NCBI GenBank assembly: GCA_965218425.1
Contig: OZ244621.1
Coordinates: 800,001-864,000 of the forward strand
DNA from: an uncultured Candidatus Binatia bacterium
Lineage (GTDB): Bacteria; Desulfobacterota; Binatia; UBA9968; CAXXLF01
Reading direction: 5' to 3'
DNA length: 64,000 nt
The position numbers and the translations under genes were made by a program. The notes below the pieces were generated by a model. That model ran no database searches and was not told where the DNA came from. It worked only from the letters and a program-made list of their open reading frames with translations. Of this stretch, positions 60,639 to 64,000 are shown piece after piece. Within the stretch, counting starts at the first letter, position 1. Each line of letters starts with the position of its first letter.

Positions 60639-61056
60639 AAAAAACCCCTTACCTGAACGCCCCGCAAGTAAGGCCCCTTCATCACAGAAGGCCATTTCCG
60701 AACTGGGCCGCGCACTTTCTTCCACCTTAGAATCCGGACACCATCTTTCAAGTACCAGCAAAAGGCGTCAAAGCGCGTATCCGGCACGATCATCTCTCCG
60801 GCCATCGGGTCAACAACCACAACGCCCATTGCGTCTTTGTCACCCCCAACAGCGAAGGAAGTGCAAAGTCCACTGCCTCCAATGGAAGCGAAAATTCCCT
60901 CACGGATCGCATCCTACGGGAAAGGAATCCCATGGTCTGGAAGGACGCGCGGACTGAGAAAGGAAGCGAACAGTTAAGCCAATTGGATCTAAGATCCGTC
61001 GTTGGCTACGCAAGAGTGGTGCACAAGATACGAACCAGCGGGATGGAGGGTTTAAG

Positions 61057-61809
61057 ATGCTGTTAAAAAATCAGGTGGCAATTGTAACAGGAGGAGGAAG
61101 CGGCCTCGGCCGTGCCATGACCCTTGGGCTTGCCAAAGAGGGAGTGAAGGTCCTGATTGCAGAAGTCAGAGAACCCGAAGGTCAGAAAGTCCTGAAAGAG
61201 ATTCGATCCACCGGCGGCACAGGGGAGCTCTTTGTTGGCGATATCAGCCAGGAAAACACGGCCAAAGAACTCATCGATTCTTGCGTCCAACGCATGAAAG
61301 GGTTGGACATCCTGATCAATAACGCCGGTCTGAGGATGGAAGACCATGAGGACGGTGTCTATGAAGACTGGAGATGTTTGAAAAAGCGCCCCACCCACGA
61401 CGTCCCCATAGAGGAGTGGGACCTACTCATCAGAATCAATCTCAGGGCGCCCTATCTCTGCACACACTTTGCGCTACCTTACCTGATTCAACAAAAACGG
61501 GGCACGATTATCAGCACCTCATCCGGCGCCGGGAGCCGGGGAGTGGCCGGCAAGAGCGCCTACTGCGCATCCAAGCATGGAATTGAAGGCTTCATGAAAA
61601 CCGTCGCTGAAGAGGTGCAACCATACGGGATCAGCGCCAATTCCATTCATCCAGGGCGTGGACGGGCCAATGTGGATGGACGCGGCGGAACGCCTCCCGA
61701 GGCCATGGTCCCACTGGTTCTTTTCCTGTCTAGTCAGGACCGACCAAACGTCACGGGCCAATCCCTTACAGCCATGGATTGGAACGAAGGGAAGGTGAAA
61801 CGACAATAG
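61057..61809 (+). CDS. Short-chain dehydrogenase/reductase
   Basis: TGGGSGLG, DILINNAG, YCASK, VTGQ; SD GGAGG. Confidence 0.92.
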   Translation: MLLKNQVAIVTGGGSGLGRAMTLGLAKEGVKVLIAEVREPEGQKVLKEIRSTGGTGELFVGDISQENTAKELIDSCVQRMKGLDILINNAGLRMEDHEDGVYEDWRCLKKRPTHDVPIEEWDLLIRINLRAPYLCTHFALPYLIQQKRGTIISTSSGAGSRGVAGKSAYCASKHGIEGFMKTVAEEVQPYGISANSIHPGRGRANVDGRGGTPPEAMVPLVLFLSSQDRPNVTGQSLTAMDWNEGKVKRQ

Positions 61810-61841
61810 TTCAAAGGGCCCCTAGCGAAGCCAATCCTTCC

Positions 61842-63002
61842 TCATGAACCGCTAGCCGCAGCGGCACTACTTCCGTTGGCTTCCCCCAAGGTTCGAATTT
61901 CCGGATAGACCTCACGGGCAAAGAGCTCCATGCTGCGTCTGGTCTCCTGTGCGGTCATGGATCCCGCCTGGTTCATCATTAACAGGTTTCCCACTCCACA
62001 TCGCTGGTGAAGGTATTTCACCTTATCTGTGACGGTCTTCGGGCTCCCGCAAATGACCACCCCTTCCGCGATTAGCTGCTCCCAGGAACGCGTGTAACGG
62101 ATATTGCCTTTCGGATCGTAGAACCTGGCCAAGGCCACCGGAGGAGCAAATCCGGCAGGGGCGAAAAATCCAACGGGCCGCTTGCGGTTGAGGTACCAGA
62201 GGAGTTTCTTACCCACCTCCTCAGCTTGTCGATCGGTCTCACCCGTATAACAGAGTCCCAAATAGGCAAACTTTTCGGGTCCCGGTTCTGGATAATTCAT
62301 CTTCTGGCAGTGGTCCCGATACCTTTTAAAGAGGGCATCCGTTTGGTCGTAGGAGGTGAGAAAGGCACAGAAGGGATAATGGTGGTCAGCAACCCAGGGC
62401 GCGCCGTCCGGTTGGCTTCCGGTTATCCAGATGGGAGGGTGTGGTTGTTGATAGGGCCGCGGCCAAGGATTCACGTAGCGAAAGTGAAAGTGTTTCCCTT
62501 CCCAGTTGAAGACCTCCTGAGCAGTCCAGGCTTTGAGAATCAGGTCATGGGCTTCCTGCATCCGCTCACGGGTATGGGAGGGATTGGTGTTCGCGGGATG
62601 AATTTCGGTGCCCACACCGCGGACGAAACCGATGATCATCCGCCCGCCCGACAACACATCAAGCATTGCGGCCTCTTCCGCCACTTGGACAGGGTTTCGG
62701 TGTGCCAGAGGATAGCCCACGATGGCAATCTTCGCCCGCTTGGTGCGCCGGATCAGCGCCCCAGCGCTTATGGAACAGTTCGCGTCTAGACAGGTGGCGG
62801 TGGCGTGGTGTTCGTTGAGCATGATATTTAGACCCAGCTCATCGGCGTACTCATATTCATCCAAGTATCGGTTATAGAGCTCGTTACCCTTGCGAGGATC
62901 AAAGTAGCGGTTGGGGAGCGTCACGCGCATAGCCCCATAACGGTCTTCCACGTCCTCAGGGAGGAAAGGATAAGGCATCTCGGTAAAATGATAAGCCAAC
63001 AT
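61842..63002 (-). CDS. Luciferase-like (LLM) flavin-dependent monooxygenase
   Basis: NEHH, AEEAAMLDVLSGGR...G..RG, WPRP.QQPHPPIW, CGSP.TV, SMELFA.EV.P. Confidence 0.92.
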   Translation of the reverse strand: MLAYHFTEMPYPFLPEDVEDRYGAMRVTLPNRYFDPRKGNELYNRYLDEYEYADELGLNIMLNEHHATATCLDANCSISAGALIRRTKRAKIAIVGYPLAHRNPVQVAEEAAMLDVLSGGRMIIGFVRGVGTEIHPANTNPSHTRERMQEAHDLILKAWTAQEVFNWEGKHFHFRYVNPWPRPYQQPHPPIWITGSQPDGAPWVADHHYPFCAFLTSYDQTDALFKRYRDHCQKMNYPEPGPEKFAYLGLCYTGETDRQAEEVGKKLLWYLNRKRPVGFFAPAGFAPPVALARFYDPKGNIRYTRSWEQLIAEGVVICGSPKTVTDKVKYLHQRCGVGNLLMMNQAGSMTAQETRRSMELFAREVYPEIRTLGEANGSSAAAASGS

Positions 63003-63019
63003 ACCGTCTCACTCCTCTC

Positions 63020-63814
63020 TCAAAGCAGAAACTCTTTCACGGCGCCCACAAACTCCCCCGGCTGCTCCACATGTGGATAATGGCCGGCTCCAGGGATGAG
63101 GCTGAACTTTGAGTCTGAAATAGCATGATGATAGGCGCGCCCATATTCCGGCGTGACAACTCGATCGTTCTCTCCCCAAACCAAGAGGGTGGGCACCTTG
63201 ATCCGGGCCAGTCGCCGCTTAAGTTTTGGGTTATGCATGAATGGCCTCCAACCCAACATGAGAACCGTCTGCCGATCCTTTAGCGCCTCAAGGAGTTCTT
63301 CTTGGCTCATGTCCAGTGCGCCGGGCGCCTTCATCTTCGCCCCTTTTGCGGGATCATGGAAGGCCAGTCGAACCCATTCGTCGTAGGATAGAACGAAAAT
63401 ATCTGCGATATCCCGCACCCATGGATCGGAGACCTTAATCCCCAAGGAATCGGCAAGAATCAATTTCTGCAGGCGACTCTGGGAACGCACCGCCATTTCT
63501 GCCGCAACCCAACCACCAAATCCACTCCCCAAGACATTGACCTTACCTAGATTTAGTTGCTCCAGCAGATCAAGGAAAACGTAGGCCAGGTCATCGACGC
63601 TGTCCACCCACTCGGGAAGCTCCGACCCACCAACACCCGGCAGGGAAGGGACGAGGACATGAAAGTGTTCAGCTAGGCCATGATGGAAGGGCAACACCTG
63701 ACGGCCAACCTCCTCTCCGTGGAGGATGACCAGAGGGGGACCATTTCCCTTCTCCCGCAGGTCCACAGTGATACCGCCAAAATTAACCTGTATTTGCCGC
63801 CAATCTGCCGCCAT
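63020..63814 (-). CDS. Alpha/beta hydrolase fold protein (Gly at nucleophile position)
   Basis: GPPLVILHG, PG.G.S, LGSGFGGW.AAE, PTLLVWG.ND, GHYPH.EQP. Confidence 0.88.
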   Translation of the reverse strand: MAADWRQIQVNFGGITVDLREKGNGPPLVILHGEEVGRQVLPFHHGLAEHFHVLVPSLPGVGGSELPEWVDSVDDLAYVFLDLLEQLNLGKVNVLGSGFGGWVAAEMAVRSQSRLQKLILADSLGIKVSDPWVRDIADIFVLSYDEWVRLAFHDPAKGAKMKAPGALDMSQEELLEALKDRQTVLMLGWRPFMHNPKLKRRLARIKVPTLLVWGENDRVVTPEYGRAYHHAISDSKFSLIPGAGHYPHVEQPGEFVGAVKEFLL

Positions 63815-63829
63815 AGAACCTCTACTGAA

Positions 63830-64000
63830 TCAATTATTCTTGAAAAAGTCGATGGCTAGGGAATTGAACTCTTCAGCGTGCTCGATATGGGAGCAGTGCC
63901 GAGACCGATCAAATAACTTGGCCTGGGATCCCGCAATCTCTCTTTGCAGCTCATTGACATAGCTCGGAAGACGCAAAAGATCGTCCGCCCCTCCCATGAT
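63830..64000 (-). CDS. Alpha/beta hydrolase, C-terminal part (continues beyond window)
   Basis: Minus-strand frame IMGGADDLL...I.GS...F..S.HCSHIEHAEEFN..AIDFF-stop. Confidence 0.75.
   Translation of the reverse strand: MMGGADDLLRLPSYVNELQREIAGSQAKLFDRSRHCSHIEHAEEFNSLAIDFFKNN

Overview
This is a 64-kb bacterial chromosomal segment. Gene order and content resemble Deltaproteobacteria-like/Ca. Binatota-type genomes (inference only). Housekeeping blocks: thiS-thiG-thiE under a TPP riboswitch, holA, menA, rlmE, glmU-glmS, purM-purN, and the long minus-strand run tilS-ftsH-folP-glmM-pdxJ-nnr-tsaE-lysC-cimA-cysE-mnmA-mtaB-rnc. Catabolic genes of unknown substrate: two phytoene-desaturase-like flavoproteins + SDR + UbiD, MmgE/PrpD, xanthine-oxidase-family S/M/G and L subunits, a Dch-like crotonase, and an LLM monooxygenase with alpha/beta hydrolases. 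There is one apparently intact IS3-family element with a 4-bp target duplication, and many gene remnants (ParE, type ISP/IIG R-M, MgtE, trypsin-like protease). No rRNA, tRNA or CRISPR array was seen. Best candidates for undescribed biology: (1) an AT-rich orphan, Fe-S-less endonuclease-III-like (HhH-GPD) glycosylase beside the IS, possibly a defence gene; (2) a family of heptamer-armed fold-back elements at operon junctions, two of which share an 11-nt core in opposite orientations; (3) a three-copy palindromic element of about 130-180 bp, one copy carrying a nested insert; (4) a holA-coupled secreted PLD nuclease + OB-fold module; (5) a ParE toxin scrambled by two compensating frameshifts. 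All calls come from reading the sequence and remembered family motifs. No searches were run.
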